In this document: positions 11,395 through 25,035 of the stretch, one piece after another | How positions within the stretch are numbered: the first letter of the stretch is position 1 | Layout of the letters: each line of letters starts with the position of its first letter | Source: Hemiscyllium ocellatum | Lineage: Eukaryota | NCBI RefSeq assembly: GCF_020745735.1 | Contig: NC_083428.1 | Span: 18,414,001-18,478,000, forward strand | Length of the DNA stretch: 64,000 nucleotides | Direction of reading: 5' to 3' | Position numbers and translations under genes: made by a program | The notes under the pieces: model-generated | The model's database searches: none | Told to the model about the DNA's origin: nothing | The model's input: only the letters and a program-made list of their open reading frames with translations

Positions 11395-14300
11395 TAGAGG
11401 GTATTTTGGAATGCTCTCCCTAAACCACTGTGCCCAATTACAATAATCTGCATTTATACAGTGCCTTCAATAACATTTATTACAGAGCCAGACAAATCTC
11501 TATTTGAGAAGGTGGCCAAAAGCTTAGTCAAAAATCATAGGTTTTAAGGAGCATCCTCAAAGAGGAATGATGTGGAGATGCTAGTGTTGGACTGGGGTGG
11601 ACAAAGTTAAAGAGCACACAACACTAGGTTATAGTCCAACAGGTTTATTTGGAAGTACAAACTTTTGGTGCGCTGCTCCTCCATCAAGCAGTTAGCTGAC
11701 ATGTCTAAAAGGAAATTCCAGAGGTTAGAGCCAAGCCAATGGAAGGTACTCTCTCTGAGCATCTAACATTGAGATGGTTCAGAATTGGAGAAATGCAGAG
11801 ATTTTAAAAAGTCATATGGCTGAAGAAAGTTATAAAGATGCACAGGGATGAGACCATGGAGTGAGTTGAAAACAAGCACAGATATTTTCATATTTTCTTT
11901 TCTTTTCAACTTCAGTTATTATTTTGAAAGTGTCTTTGGAGATCTCCACAAATCCTTCAGGAATCCTAAATTTCATTTATTTCATGAATGGTATGATAAA
12001 GTGAAATTTGTTGTTGATTAAGCTTGTGAAATCAGAATTGCATTACATTCCTGTAACAAATCAATTGGCAATTAAACTGTTGTTATTTTACAATCATTCC
12101 TGGAATTGGGACATCACTGGCAAGTTCACTATTTAATTCCCATTGAATTGTTTTTCAGAAGGTGGTGGTGAGTTGTCTTTTTGAACTGCTGTCCATTGTT
12201 GGCACATGTTGGCACACTCACTCTGCTGTGGGGAAGGGTGTTCCAAGACTTTGAGCCCAACCGTGATAGAATAATGATATAGTTCGGGGTCAGATGGTTT
12301 CTGGTTTGGAGTGGAAATCACAAGCGGTGATGCACCCACATATCTGTCTTCCTGCTTGACTTGCTACAAGTTGAAAGAGGCATGACAAGCTCCTGCACTG
12401 TATCTTGTAGAAGGTACATATTTCTGCTCCAGTGCATCAGAGGGAGTGAATAACTAAGAGGGAGAATGGGGACAATCAAGCAAATGTGATGAAGCAATTC
12501 CCACAATACTGTTCAAGAGGTCACAGGTCTGGGTGGTACCGTTAAAGAACTACATGCAAAAAGGGTTTGTGGTTTTATTAAATTTTATTTCTGAGAAAAT
12601 GGGAGGTATGTAGTCTACTACTGGGAAGTATTGGACATTTTGTTTGATCATATTCCCATCTAATTTACAAGGTGGCTGCCTTACTAATTATAAAAGCTGA
12701 CTAGGAAGCTAACAGAACTTCATGAATTAGCTTGGCTACATACCAAAGCTGCACATGAATAATATTAAGGAGTGTGAATTTGTGACAATGTTGCTCATTC
12801 AAGGGTAATATGCAATGTGGCAAGTTATTCATTGATAAAGTATTTTGGCAAAGATGTTAAATTGAATGCGTACAGTGCTTAACCTCCTTTAATCATTGAC
12901 AAATGGAGACTAGAGGTGGAGGCTCTTCTGCATGCATTCAGCAGAAGTAGGATGCAAGAGGCAGACTTGATACAAGTATAGTTCTGATGAGTGCAAGATG
13001 AAAGGTTCCAACTTCTAGTTTGCTCTTAGCAATGTTGAAGTTCTGTTCTATCACATTAGTGTATATACCTGAGACAAACAGGTCATCAGCAATACAGCTG
13101 GTTAATGTTGTATAAAATGGTGTCTCTTTTTCAAGTTTGTTTTTTGCATCCTTGTCCTGATGGGTGCAAGGCAAAAACACTTTCCAAAGGCACAATGAAA
13201 TAACTCAGGAAGCCTGACTGAAAAGGCACATAATTTATTGTTAAAGAGCATAAGAGTGTCTCTGCTCATGGTGTACATAGGCTAGTCCCAGCACAGGACA
13301 GACAGTTCTACAGACCCATCCTGGGGTGGAACTTGAGCCTGGGTCCTCCTGCCACAAAGGTAGGGATACTATCACTGTACCACAAAAACCCTCAAATTCA
13401 GCTCAGAAGTGCTATCACACACAATGAATGGCCTTCTCATCACCAAAATCACCATGGCCTTTTTTGCTTTTTTATAACTATTATCCACCAGCAGTAAGAA
13501 CACCCATGCAACCCCACTTTAATATTTACATACAAAGCCTATTATGGTTAATGCAAACCATTAAAAGTCTGCGTGTATTTTATAATTTTTATTCAATTAA
13601 TTTTTCACATCAACCTTTTCAAAGGTTATATCAAATACCTCCAAAGCCTGCACATAGGCCCCTCTGGTGCAGTTATAGTGTCCCAATTCCTGGTCCAGGG
13701 ATTGGGACACCATAACTACACCAAAAGGGCCTACGTGCAGGCATTACTGGGATGCAAACCCAGGCTGTCCTGTTTAATAGGCAGGCACTTTACATAAACA
13801 GCTCAAGGGATGAGGTCCAACTGGGCATGCCATGGCTGATTTCCAAGGGAAATCACACTGATCAAGCTTCACAGGGAGATTAAACAATGATTCCCCATAG
13901 GCTTTGTAGGGATGGTCACACACAGAATACCACCCAACATCCGTGAACCTCATGAAAATAAATGACGACCAAAACAGAAGCTTGACTCAAAATGAATTAC
14001 AGTCAAAAAAAAACTACAAGACCTAAAGAAAAGACGAACATATCGAGTTTAATTCTGAGAATGTTACATGAGAAAGGAAGGATTAAGATTAGGTTCTTTT
14101 CGGATGCAAAATAATAAAATCATGTGTATTTTTGATCAAAATTTATGTAAAGGATTTAGTAAATTTTTAATATTCACTGATGCATTAAGTAATCCATGGA
14201 ATAGAGTAAGAGGAGTGGGGTTATTTTAATTGAAAACGAGTGTGTTTGATAAAGGATGAATAAATGTTGAAGATTCAAGTTACAAAATTACTTCACATAA

Positions 14301-15469
14301 ATAAAGACTTAGTGCTGGACCTTTACTATAACAGAAAATGGAGAAAACAGCAGACAAGCACAGAAACAAGAACTCATATCCCTGAATGTGGGATTTCCCA
14401 CTCTGTGTTGAAATGGGAAGGATCAGCTCATGTTTTGCACATTGCTTTTCACTGAGGCAGGTGGACATTTATATCATCAGTTAAATCAAGTCTTACTTGG
14501 TAGCCGAGGAGTGTGAAACCTGACATGTGTAGGGTAGACCTGGTAAGAGCAGGTTTGAACTTTCCGCTTTGAGTAGCCATGGTGCCTGTTTGGAAAGGAA
14601 GGCACTCCTTTGATTATGGTTGCTAGACACCTGTGGAATAAGTATGCTGCCATTTGGAAAATGCAGCGTGATGTTGGAATTACAAAAATTAGACAAGAAT
14701 GTGTTTCAGAAAAGCATGAACTCACTGATTATCAAGTTAATTGGAATTGTGAACAAACCTGTCAAAAAGAACTGTCAGACCTTCCAAAAGTACCAAGAGG
14801 GCCTGTCGAAGTGTTACATGGAACTATCAAAAGCAACTGTCAAAGGGATCTATTAAATTGCCAAGATATTTAAAAGTCTAGACCCTTAAATCTTGAAAAA
14901 TGTATGGCATGTTTACAAAAACTTTTCTCTCTGTAACTCTTACTGTTGATATAAACCTGCTGACTTCCTTAATGGGATCAATGCTGCATAACTGGTTTCA
15001 CAAACATCTATTATCACAGTAGGGTGCCTGCCAATTCACACAGTGATCAACAACTTCATGTGCTCATAGACTCTTTGATGTAGCAAACAACATTCCACTG
15101 CCAGTTATTAAAAATGATTATGTACTTGAAGGAAATGTTTGTTTTTTTAAGGCAATGCTTGGTTGAAGGAAATATAGTAACTGGGCTTTTAAGAATGGTA
15201 ATACTTTTCTCAATATATCAAAATCCGCAGAGATATATAGGGTAGCATTTAAAATGGTATTTCTAGTGGCATCTGAGATCTTAACCTATTGGCTGGAGAA
15301 CTGCTCCTTTTCAGGAATGCCTGTCAAACCATGGTGGGGGTGTGGTACGTTTGTGGGTATAAAGTACAGTACCATCTGCATAATTAAATGTCTCCTTGTC
15401 TCTACGTTCACCAGCATCGAAAACAGAAAATTTTACCCCATAAATTTTATTTTTGTCCATCACAACTCA

Positions 15470-15884
15470 TCTCCTCCATCACCAGACCATGGCAACACGA
15501 CGCCTGGAGGAAGAGTGCTTCATCTTCTGCCTAGGAACCCTCCAACCCCAAGGGATGAATGCAGATTTCTCCAGCTTTCTCATTTCCCCTCCCCCCACCT
15601 TAACTCAGTCCCAACCCTCAGACTCCGCACCACCTTCTTGACCTGCAATCTTCTTCCTGACCTTTCCGCCCCCACCCCCGTCCGGCCTATCACCCTCACC
15701 TTGACCTCCTTCCACCTATCGCATTCCTAACCCCTCTCCCCCAAGTCCCTCCTCCCTACTTTTTATCTTAGCCTGCTTGGCACACCTTCCTCATTCCTGA
15801 AGAAGGGCTTATGCCCAAAACATCGATTCTACTGCTCCTTTGATGCTGCCTGACCTGCTGCGCTTTTCCAGCAACACATTTTTC
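15470..15884 (+). mobile_element. Penelope-like element 3' end (GIY-YIG C-terminus + 3' UTR with hammerhead motif)
   Basis: ORF 15453-15641 RRLEEECFIFCLGTLQPQGMN matches the GIY-YIG C-terminal motif; cctgaagaagggcttatgcccaaaacatcg at ~15796. Confidence 0.8.
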
Positions 15885-16156
15885 ATGTTCTGAAGTCTGT
15901 CCATGGTGAACACTGGATGAATTAGTATCATAAGAAAAAAAGAATAGTAGGTGGGTGATTTGGTTGTTATGGCACTATATTTGCATTGGACTGTAAAGGA
16001 CTATGAGGGTGTGGGTACAGTGGTATAGATGGCATAATGGGTATGGGGTTTATGGAGTTGGAAATAGGATCACAGGTTCATATGGAAGTCATGAGCAGTT
16101 TGGGTTAAGTACAGGGCATAAGGTAACATGGGTTGGTATGGATTGGGCATGGGGAT

Positions 16157-16883
16157 CTCTCTCTCAATGTCAGCAATACGAAGGAAATGGTCGTTGACTT
16201 CAGGCAGTTGACTTCACACCCCTATCTATATCGATGGTGGGGGTGGTCAAGAACTTCAAGTTCCTAGGAGTCAATGTCACAAACAATCTCTCCTGGTTCA
16301 TCCACAGTGACGATACAGTCAAGGAAATACACCAGAGTCTCTACTTCCTCAGAAGGCTAGGGAAATTTGGTATGTCCACAATAACTCATACCAGTATTTA
16401 TAGATGTACCTTGGAAATCATCCTATGTGGTTACTTCACAGCTTGGTATGGCAACTGCTTTGCCAGTTACTGCAAGAAATCACAGAGAGTTGTGAATGCA
16501 GTCCAGTCCATCACAAAAACCAACCTTCCATCCATTGACTCCAATTACACTTCACACTGCCTCAGAAAAGTAGCCAACATAGTCAAAGACACCTCCCATC
16601 ATAGTCAAAGACACCTCCCATCATGGTTATACAGTCTTACATCCTCTTCTGTCGGGAAGATACAAAAGTTCAAACTCACATATCAACAGATTCAAGAACA
16701 GCTTTTTCACCACTGTTACCAGAGTTTTGAACATATCTCTCATATTAGAGTTAATCTTTTGCTGCACCTTCTCTGTACTAGTAACTCTATATTCTGCATT
16801 CTGTTCTGCCTGGTTAGCATGCAAAATAGTACTTTTCACTGTATCTTGGTACATGTGATGATAATAAATCAAATCAAATCAAA
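16157..16883 (+). mobile_element. Rex1/Babar-clade LINE 3' fragment (source of ORF 16234-17016)
   Basis: FKFLGVNVTNNLSW...LYFLRRLGKFGM...TAWYGNC motif; AATAAA(TCAAA)n tail; internal 22-bp tandem duplication at 16578-16621 shifts the frame. Confidence 0.85.
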
Positions 16884-18013
16884 GAGTGTGTTGGAAGGGA
16901 TGAGGGTTGGGGGATATTTTATTTTTCTTTTTCTTAAAAATTTGGACAGAGTATCAGAAGCCCTTGCCCATTCCCATCCAGCATTCTGCAGTCATCTGTT
17001 GCAACTTTTAATATAGTCTATATCCCCAAACTGAAAGTCTGATCATGACCTTATTTTTAAAAGTCAGATTCACAGATCCAGGAATTCTTCAAATTCTGCA
17101 CGTGGAACTCTTGGATGAAATTTCAGGCCTTGGAACCTGGGGAGACTTCTTCCCCACAGAGACGGTGACAGTTTGACCTTAACTATAACCTGCTTAATGC
17201 ACCCATTCTGAATCAGACCAGTTAAAAATTGGCAATGCAATCCATTCCCCCAGCGCAATCCATTACACACATGCTGTTGTCACTTTTAAGGTGTTGCACC
17301 ATCTGGTGTTGTGAATTGAACAGCCCATATCTTACAGATGTTGTGACAGCTATAAGCAATACTTTTTTAAAAAAAACAGAAAGTCAGTCAATTACTGGAG
17401 ACACTGGGGACATCTGCAAATAGATGGGGGTTGTGGTGTCCACATTGTTAGCTTATACTTGTTTAACACAAATTTATTAATTTCACACCAGGACTGGCAA
17501 ACTAAACACAGATGCAAGTTATTTCAAGATATACTAAAGGATTGCAGGCAGATTGAGAAGAAAGATTCAGCAGTTATTGTTAACGGAACAGCACAGCTGT
17601 GACTCCCTCACACTACATGTTACAGACTGGACTATATAGCAGCTACTGGTCACATGTTCTACACCTTGATTACTTGATTATTAACTTAAAATCATTTCAT
17701 GATCCAAAACATGACAGCATGAAGGTTTCCTTAAGGGCGACAAAGAAGGTTAGTTTTATTCATTTCGATGACATAGGAATGTTCAGAGATAGTGTGTTGC
17801 AATTGTTTTTGATCTAAAAAGTTCTGACCATTGATAGTTATTATAAATGATAAAACATCTAGACTTTGGAAATGCAAATAATCAAATTACAAATGTTCAA
17901 TTGTTTGAAATATCATAATCAACAGCAGAATATACAATCTCAACTGTAATATGCAGTGAATGAATTCAAATTAAATTTTTACTCTATTGGAATAGGATAT
18001 CCTGGTTCAGAAC

Positions 18014-18758
18014 TGATTTGGAGTTGCTGGAGTTGGAGCAGAGGCTGATAGCCAAGTTCGGTCACACTACAGGTGACCACTACACCTACACACACACACA
18101 CACTCTCTCTCTCTCACTGACACTCGCAACCCCCCACCCCAGGCACACACACACGCACACTCCTACAGACACATACACTCGCACATGCACCCTCTCCCAG
18201 ACTTAGACCTCTTTACAGTCTCACACAAGCACATATACACTCTCTCACAGACACAAGCCCCATCCCAGACAGACACACACGCAAACCCACATACACATAT
18301 ACATTTGTGGGGTGAATTTGTACTTGCAGAGTTACATTGTACTTTGCTCAAAAACTGCATGAATCCATGTCAGACTCTGTTAACTCATTTTTCAGATGAG
18401 AATCAGTCTAAACATTATGGCACAGACAACAGAACACAGGGGGCTAACACCTTCAACATCTTATCTGGGCTGACACCAATTGTCACAGTTAAGCTGAGAA
18501 TGTAAATTTTAAAAAAAGTTTTGTGGTTTACATATGAAAAAAGTGAAACTATCACGGTCATTCTAACAGATGAAAAACAATCAAGGTATTTTTCAATGTA
18601 TAATTTCAGTTACATCACACTCTAAACTTTTGCTATAAATTCTGTGCCTTACAATTGTGTCCTCCACAACCATCTGATGAAGGAGCAGTGCTCCAAAAGC
18701 TAGTGCTTCCGACTGTACCATTGGACTATAACCTGGCGTTGTGTGATTTTTTTTTAAA
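18014..18758 (+). mobile_element. Penelope (Neptune-like) 3' fragment with CA-rich tract and hammerhead motif
   Basis: LEQRLIAKFG GIY-YIG tail, CA-rich tract 18081-18300, ctgatgaaggagcagtgctccaaaagcta at ~18674; perfect 13-bp TSD CCTGGTTCAGAAC (18001-18013 / 18759-18771). Confidence 0.8.
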
Positions 18759-20014
18759 CCTGGTTCAGAACAATTATTTTTGTGGCTTTATGTGATTTGC
18801 AGTCATATCAGGCTCTAGTTATTTTAGAATATTTCTTAATATTATACATTCTGTACAATGTTTCATTCTCATTTTCATGTTGATCTCTTTCTGTGAATTG
18901 TACTGCTGAATAGCTTATGAAAATATTCTTAGAGCAAGATTTAAATAAGCATTCAGATAGTGACACTAGCTTGACAGCTACTCCTGTGTTAAATGTATTT
19001 CTATATATTCAAGACTGGCAAACTGTAGAGACTTTTATTGAAGATTGTGAAATGTCAATCACACCAGTTAAAATTATTCTTGGTGCCCTTCACACATAAA
19101 ATGGAATAAAATCAAGCTGACTCATACTGGCTAATTCACATCTGCTAAAAAGCATTATCCACTGAAAGCCTTCTGCAGGAAACCTTTAAAATATTTACAA
19201 TGCTAACCATGATGTGCACTATCAAGTGTATCTCTAACAGCAAAAAGCCATTTCAACATAGACTTCTCATAACTGCAAAGGACACTTTGTCACAAGACCT
19301 TTTTACAAGGAAGCCTCATGGTCTCAGATAGAAGCAATGTCGCCATCTTTACATCATCTGTTTTATTTTCCTATATCCAACAATCACTTGTCAATGCTTG
19401 GCCAATTGAAACCTAAAAATCATTAGAATGGTTCCCTTCTGTATTCAGATGTAACAAAGTTGCACATTTAATTCTGGAGAACATAATGCACATGTTGATG
19501 AACATATACACCCTCCTGTTTTCTAGAAAAAAATCTTCCCTTCATAGTACAGCTTATTTTCATCCTTTCTAGCAATGGAAGGATCAACAAATAAATTAGG
19601 TTGGCTGCTCTGTGAATTGAATTGCAAATATGCTGTGGTGAGCAGATGGTAAGTTTAATTCCAGGATAATAAAAATCATTATGGATACTTGATCTATGAT
19701 TTGCTAAACCTTTGACTTTGAGATGGTGATGGGTGCAAGTTGCTTGCACTCAGTGCCCACAATGTATTCTGGACTTTTTTCAAATGTTGTAGCATCCGCA
19801 CCAGTGATAAAGAGGGCAGATTTCAGTATTGAGGCAGTAGGCTTGAATCAGGAAATTTTCAGGCTGGATTCAGGCCTCCACATCTGCAGGCGGTTTGGAG
19901 GTTGACAAGGATTGAGTGAAATGGGTAGAAGGTTTTCTGAGACTTTGGCTCAGTTTTAAAATCATTTTTAAAGGACTGGGCATTTAAATAATTTCACATT
20001 TTAACACTTAAGGT

Positions 20015-20320
20015 CAGATCTGATCAGATTCTCTACAGTGTGGAAACAGGCCCTTTGGCCCAACCAGTCCATCCCTCTGAAGAGTAACCTACCCAGACCC
20101 ATTTCCCTCTGACTAATGCACCTATCACTACGGGCAATTTAGCATGGCCAATTCACCTGACCTGCACATCTTTGGACTATGGGAGGAAACCGGAGCACCT
20201 TGAGGAAGCCACACAGACACAGGGAGAAAGTGCAAACTCCACACAGACAGTCGCCTGAATCGAACCTGGGACCTGGTGCTGTGAGGCAGCAGTGCTAACC
20301 ACTGAGCTACCGTGCTACCC
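20015..20320 (-). mobile_element. HE1-type V-SINE
   Basis: Reverse-complement head, V-domain and tail. Confidence 0.9.
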
Positions 20321-21198
20321 CTTTAAGCAAAGTTATTTATCCTTCAGGAAAGTTGACACATCCCCCAATCAATGACTTCCGCACTCTGGGTTAAGGCTAT
20401 TGGAACAGAAAAAATGGTGTCTATGAGTCTAGTATTAATATCAATTAGCCCAGATGAGTTCAGGTTTTCTGTCTGTGTGATCTAAGCTGCCACCCCACCC
20501 ATACTCTACCCCACCTTCAAATGCTGCATTTGCTGGAAAGGAGTGGGACTTCCACAGGTTCTGAAAAAATTCTGAATTAAGTAGTGTGAGGTACCATTAA
20601 GCATGCCATCATAAACTCCCTATCCCATTTTGGAAAATAACAACAGTTAGCCAACTGACGGAAAATTTGGATGGCAAAAGGGCCAATGTAAGTTATTCAG
20701 TAAGAGATTAAATCCCTGGAGATTAGGCTTAATTGTGAGGAAGAGAAAAGGAGAACCAATAACTTTTACTTAATTTCGTTTTATCCATTCGATAGAGAAT
20801 TTGGCTGCATCAAGAATTACCTTGGGTGAACTCTTTCCATCATGGCTCCTGAGGTCTGAGACTGGGTGACTTGATGTTCAGAATGGAAGGTCAAAAGGGT
20901 GGTGAGGTTAATTGCCTAGAGTTGACATGATGTTAGCATGCAGGTTAAAAGTGGTCATAGAAGCAATTATGGTCACTCTGTCCAATGGTAATGTTGGAAA
21001 TAAAAATTGCATTTTTATCACATGTGCATTTATATTCTCTAAATTGTTAATGAGTTCCACCTTAATCTTGTTTCACTGGTGGCATGGTGGTTCAGTGCTG
21101 CCTCACAGCACCAGCCTTGGGTGACTATCTGTGCAGAGTTTGCACATTGTCTGCATGGGTTTCCTGTGGGTGCTCTGATTTCCTCCCACAGTTCAAAG

Positions 21199-21510
21199 AT
21201 TAGATTAGACTTACAGTGTGGAAACAGGCCCTTCGGCCCAACAAGTCCACACCGACCCGCCGAAGCGCAACCCACCCATACCCCTACATTTACCCCTACC
21301 TAACACTACGGGCAATTTAGCATGGCCAATTCACCTGACCCGCACATCTTTGTGACTGTGGGAGGAAACCGGAGCACCCGGAGGAAACCCACGCAGACAC
21401 GGGGAGAACGTGCAAACTCCACACCATCAGTCGCCTGAGTCGGGAATTGAACCCGGGTCTCAGGCGCTGTGAGGCAGCAGTGCTAACCACTGTGCCACCG
21501 TGCCACCCAC
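21199..21510 (-). mobile_element. Young full-length HE1-type V-SINE
   Basis: CpG-rich, intact A/B boxes on the minus strand, (AATCT)n tail. Confidence 0.92.
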
Positions 21511-21539
21511 CTGTACAGGTTAGGTGGATTGGCCATTTT

Positions 21540-21660
21540 TTTTCCTGGGATTCAATGACTCCTCAGTTGACAAGATATTGAGATTTGGGAGAACTTATGG
21601 AAATTAACCTCTATAATTCAGAATTTTCAAATTGCATCCAAGCTTAATGAGTATGGGAAT
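21540..21660. repeat. Perfect 121-bp inverted duplicate of 22591-22711
   Basis: Checked block by block: exact reverse complement, 0 mismatches. Confidence 0.97.
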
Positions 21661-21873
21661 TGGCCACTCATTGGCCACGTGGGGCTGGGGGTGGGATGCT
21701 TTTCAGAGGGTTAGTATGAACTTGATGCATTGAATGGCCTGCTTCCACACTGTACAGATTCTATCAATTCCATGGAAACTACAGACCCTGGTTCTTAATG
21801 AGCCATCTTATTGTCATATGCTAATAGTTTGGTTGTTTCAATTATTCTAATGATGGTGTAGCACTTTGGGTTG

Positions 21874-22097
21874 AGAGCGTGGTGCTGGAAAAGCACAGCA
21901 GGTCAGGCAGCTTCCAAGGAACAGGAGAATTGATGCTTTGGGCAAGTGCCCTTTATCAGGAGCCCTCCATTCCTGATGAAAGTTCTTTCCCAAACTGTCG
22001 ATTCTCCTGCTCCTCGGATGCTGCCTGACCTGCTGTGCTTTTCCAGCACCACATTCTCGACTCTGGATCTCCAGAATCTGCAGTCTTCACTTTCTCC
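21874..22097. mobile_element. Fold-back (head-to-head) Penelope-derived element
   Basis: Inverted arms around 21961-21970; 15-bp imperfect TSD tagcactttgggttg (21859-21873) / tagccttttgggttg (22098-22112). Confidence 0.8.
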
Positions 22098-22711
22098 TAG
22101 CCTTTTGGGTTGTCCTTAAAGTATAAAAAGGCATCATATAAATGCAATCAACACAGGCAATGCTAGAGAAACTCAGCAGATCTGCCAGCAATGACTTATC
22201 CCATTATTGTAAATGCAAGCTCAATGATGTTTATGGACCCAAAGACATTTCAGCACATTTCAATTAATCATGCCTGTGCCAATGCTAGTGACAATCAGCA
22301 CAATCTACTCTAATTTAATTGCACTGGTCTCTCCCAGTATTCTATAATATTTTCCCTCTTCAGGTTAAATTCTCTTTTAATCATCATAAATGACTCAGCT
22401 TTATGACTCATTTACAGAATGCACTTTATAAGTGTCCCAAACTGTATTTTGACTCATTCTTTTGTGATATAATCAGAAATGAAATTGGTGTAATAGCTCC
22501 TTTGTAGTTTATCATTTTCTAATAACTAGTCAGTGTTTAAAGATGGTAAGCAGAGAGAGACTATATTTACAACCTAATCGGAAAAGAAATATTCCCATAC
22601 TCATTAAGCTTGGATGCAATTTGAAAATTCTGAATTATAGAGGTTAATTTCCATAAGTTCTCCCAAATCTCAATATCTTGTCAACTGAGGAGTCATTGAA
22701 TCCCAGGAAAA

Positions 22712-23013
22712 GTGGGCGGCACGGTGGCACAGTGGTTAACACTGCTGCCTCACAGTGCCTGAGACCTGGGTTCGATTCCCGACTCAGGTGACTGACTGTG
22801 TGGAGTTTGCATGTTCTCCCAGTATCTGCGTGGGTTTCCTCTGGGTGCTCCGGTTTCCTCCCACAGTCCAAAGATGTGCGGGTCAGGTGAATTGGCCATG
22901 CTAAATTGCCTGTAGTGTTAGGTAAGGGGTAAATGTATGGGTGGGTGGTGGGTCGGTGTGGACTTGTTGGGCCGAAGGGCCTGTTTCCACACTGTAAGTA
23001 ATCTAATCTAATC
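22712..23013 (+). mobile_element. HE1-type V-SINE, full length
   Basis: tRNA head (ggttcgattcc B box), V-domain, (AATCT)n tail; inserted in an A-run. Confidence 0.92.
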
Positions 23014-23717
23014 AAAAATGGAATAAGGTGATGCCCAATTTTGGTTAAGATGCTCATAATTGTACTTCAGGATGCCAGCATTAGAAATGTTCCAGATGAC
23101 TCCTGCATGCAATAGACTTCTTATGCGTATTTGAATTATTTCTGCATTAACAGCTTCTGACACTTGGAGTTGGATTTAATGCAGGCCATTCCAGAAGGAA
23201 CCATGGCAGTTGGGTCCATTTAATCACTAGATTAGACCCTGCATCAGCTTCCCAATGTTGGTAAAAATGTTCGCCAATTGGGTTTGAAAACACATGAGGT
23301 TTGCAGCTACCACTGGCAATCGGGATTCTATATCCTACACCATTCTCCTGTCCCACCTTCACCTTTGCTTGGGACCTCATGATGTTGAGGTTCCGTTGGG
23401 TGTCTTGCTGCCAGCTGCTGCTCCCTTTTTGGCACTGGCAATGATATGTTACTGCCTGGCCTCTACTCTTGCCACTGGGACCTCAATCATGGGGTGGCCT
23501 GCTTTTGGCCACTTATTGTCCTAACAGCCACTAAATTGGATTGGCCTTCCTCATAGAAGTGATTGGAGATTTCCCCCCATCTCACTTAGGTTTTCCACGC
23601 AACCCCCATTAACCCCATAAAATTCAGTTTCTGGTGTTAACACACAGTCAAATATTATTGAAGGATGTACCAAATTTATTGTCCCTGATAATATAGTGCC
23701 TCAGAACAAACAGGGAC

Positions 23718-23945
23718 TGTAATTGGAACAAGAATGACCAGATGGATCTCATTGCATTACCTGTTTGGGGCTGTTGACCTGGTCAATCAGGGAGCCCAGG
23801 CTGATTGAAAAAACAGGAATCTCAAGGATTCTCCTCACTCTTAGGAATGGCTCTGAACCAGTTGGCCAGAGTCCATACCCTGTGCACATGGAAATAAAGG
23901 GTAATGACTTGGTGATGGGATACTAGCATCCATGGAGTTATTCCA
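23718..23945 (+). mobile_element. Small solo LTR
   Basis: TGTAAT...TTCCA termini, internal AATAAA, 4-bp flanks GGAC/AGAC (TSD with one mismatch). Confidence 0.55.
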
Positions 23946-24132
23946 AGACCTTTACAGTCATATTGCGTATTTCACATTACTAGGATATTTAGACTGCATC
24001 AAAGCTGATGACTCCCTTCTTTAGTCCCTGATGTTCTATAGAGTAATATGGACAGAGTTGGTAGCCAATTTGATCATAATAAATTTTCACAAGCTGTACA
24101 TTTAGTAATGTTTTGGGACTGATAATTCATGG

Positions 24133-24444
24133 AGTGGGGGGCACAGTGGCACAGTGGCTAGCACTGCTGCCTCTCAGCGCCAGAGACCCGGGTTCAATTC
24201 CCGTCTCAGGCAACTGACTGTGTGGAGTTTGCACATTCTCCACGTGTCTGCATGGGTTTCTTCCGGGTGTTCCGATCTCCTCCTACAGTCCAAAAATGTG
24301 CAGGTTAGGTGAACTGGCCATGCTAGGTGAAGGGGTAAATGTATGGGAATGGGTCTGGGTGGGTTGCACTTTGGCAGGTCGGTGTGGACTTGTTGGGCCA
24401 AAGGGCCTGCTTTCACACTGTAAGTAATCTAATCTAATCTAATC
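24133..24444 (+). mobile_element. HE1-type V-SINE
   Basis: Head, V-domain, (AATCT)n tail. Confidence 0.9.
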
Positions 24445-24649
24445 AAAAAAGTTAGCCAGGGCACCAGGAAAATTCCCAGTTTTTTTAATGACTCCAATTT
24501 ACACACACTTGGATGGGCAAAAAGAGAATCAGTTAATTATCTCATCCAATAGGCAGCAAGTCTGCCCTAACTAATGTTCATTTCTTGAGCAATACCTCAA
24601 ACTGTTGATTCGTTATGTTCGTGTTGCTTGCTTTGTGAAATTGGTTAGA

Positions 24650-25035
24650 GACAAAAAATCTGCAGATGCTGGAATCCAAAATAGACAGGCAAGAGGCTGG
24701 AAGAACACAGCAAGCCAGGCAGCATCAGGAGGTGTAGAAGTCAACATTTTGGGTCAACCCTTCTTCGGCTCTAGGGGTGGGTGTGGGGGCAGCTGCAGAT
24801 AAAGGGGTGGTGGGTGAAGGTGGTGAAGTTGGGATAGGTGAAGACAGGTAGAGTGTATGTCTTGGTTGGTCAATGGGAGGAATGAATCCAGTTGGTGGCT
24901 GGGAGGAGTGGAAAGGGAGTCAGGGGATGGGAAGGGAGGTTGTTTGAAATTGTAGAACTCAAATGTTGAGTCCTCTGGGCTGAAGGCTGCTCAGACAGAA
25001 GAATGAGGTGTTGTTCTTCCAATTTTTGGTTCTGG
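24650..25035 (-). mobile_element. Penelope-like 3' fragment (different family) with degenerate hammerhead motif
   Basis: Minus strand ends a GIY-YIG-like frame, followed by ccgaagaagggttgacccaaaatgttga and gatgctgcctggcttgctgtgttcttccag. Confidence 0.65.

Larger units (their letters stand above)
21078..21765 (+). mobile_element. Old HE1-type SINE split by a young minus-strand HE1 SINE (21199-21510) and a 121-bp templated insert
   Basis: SINE sequence resumes after each insert (...gttcaaagat|ctgtacaggttaggtggattggcca|...gcttccacactgtacagattctat). Confidence 0.8.

Noticed and set aside
14060-14960. Possible ERV LTR region (also ~2660-3200)
   Set aside because: Composition is suggestive, but no termini or TSD could be fixed.
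16234-17016. 260-aa ORF as a host gene
   Set aside because: Rex/Babar LINE 3' end; the frame runs into the UTR after a 22-bp tandem duplication.
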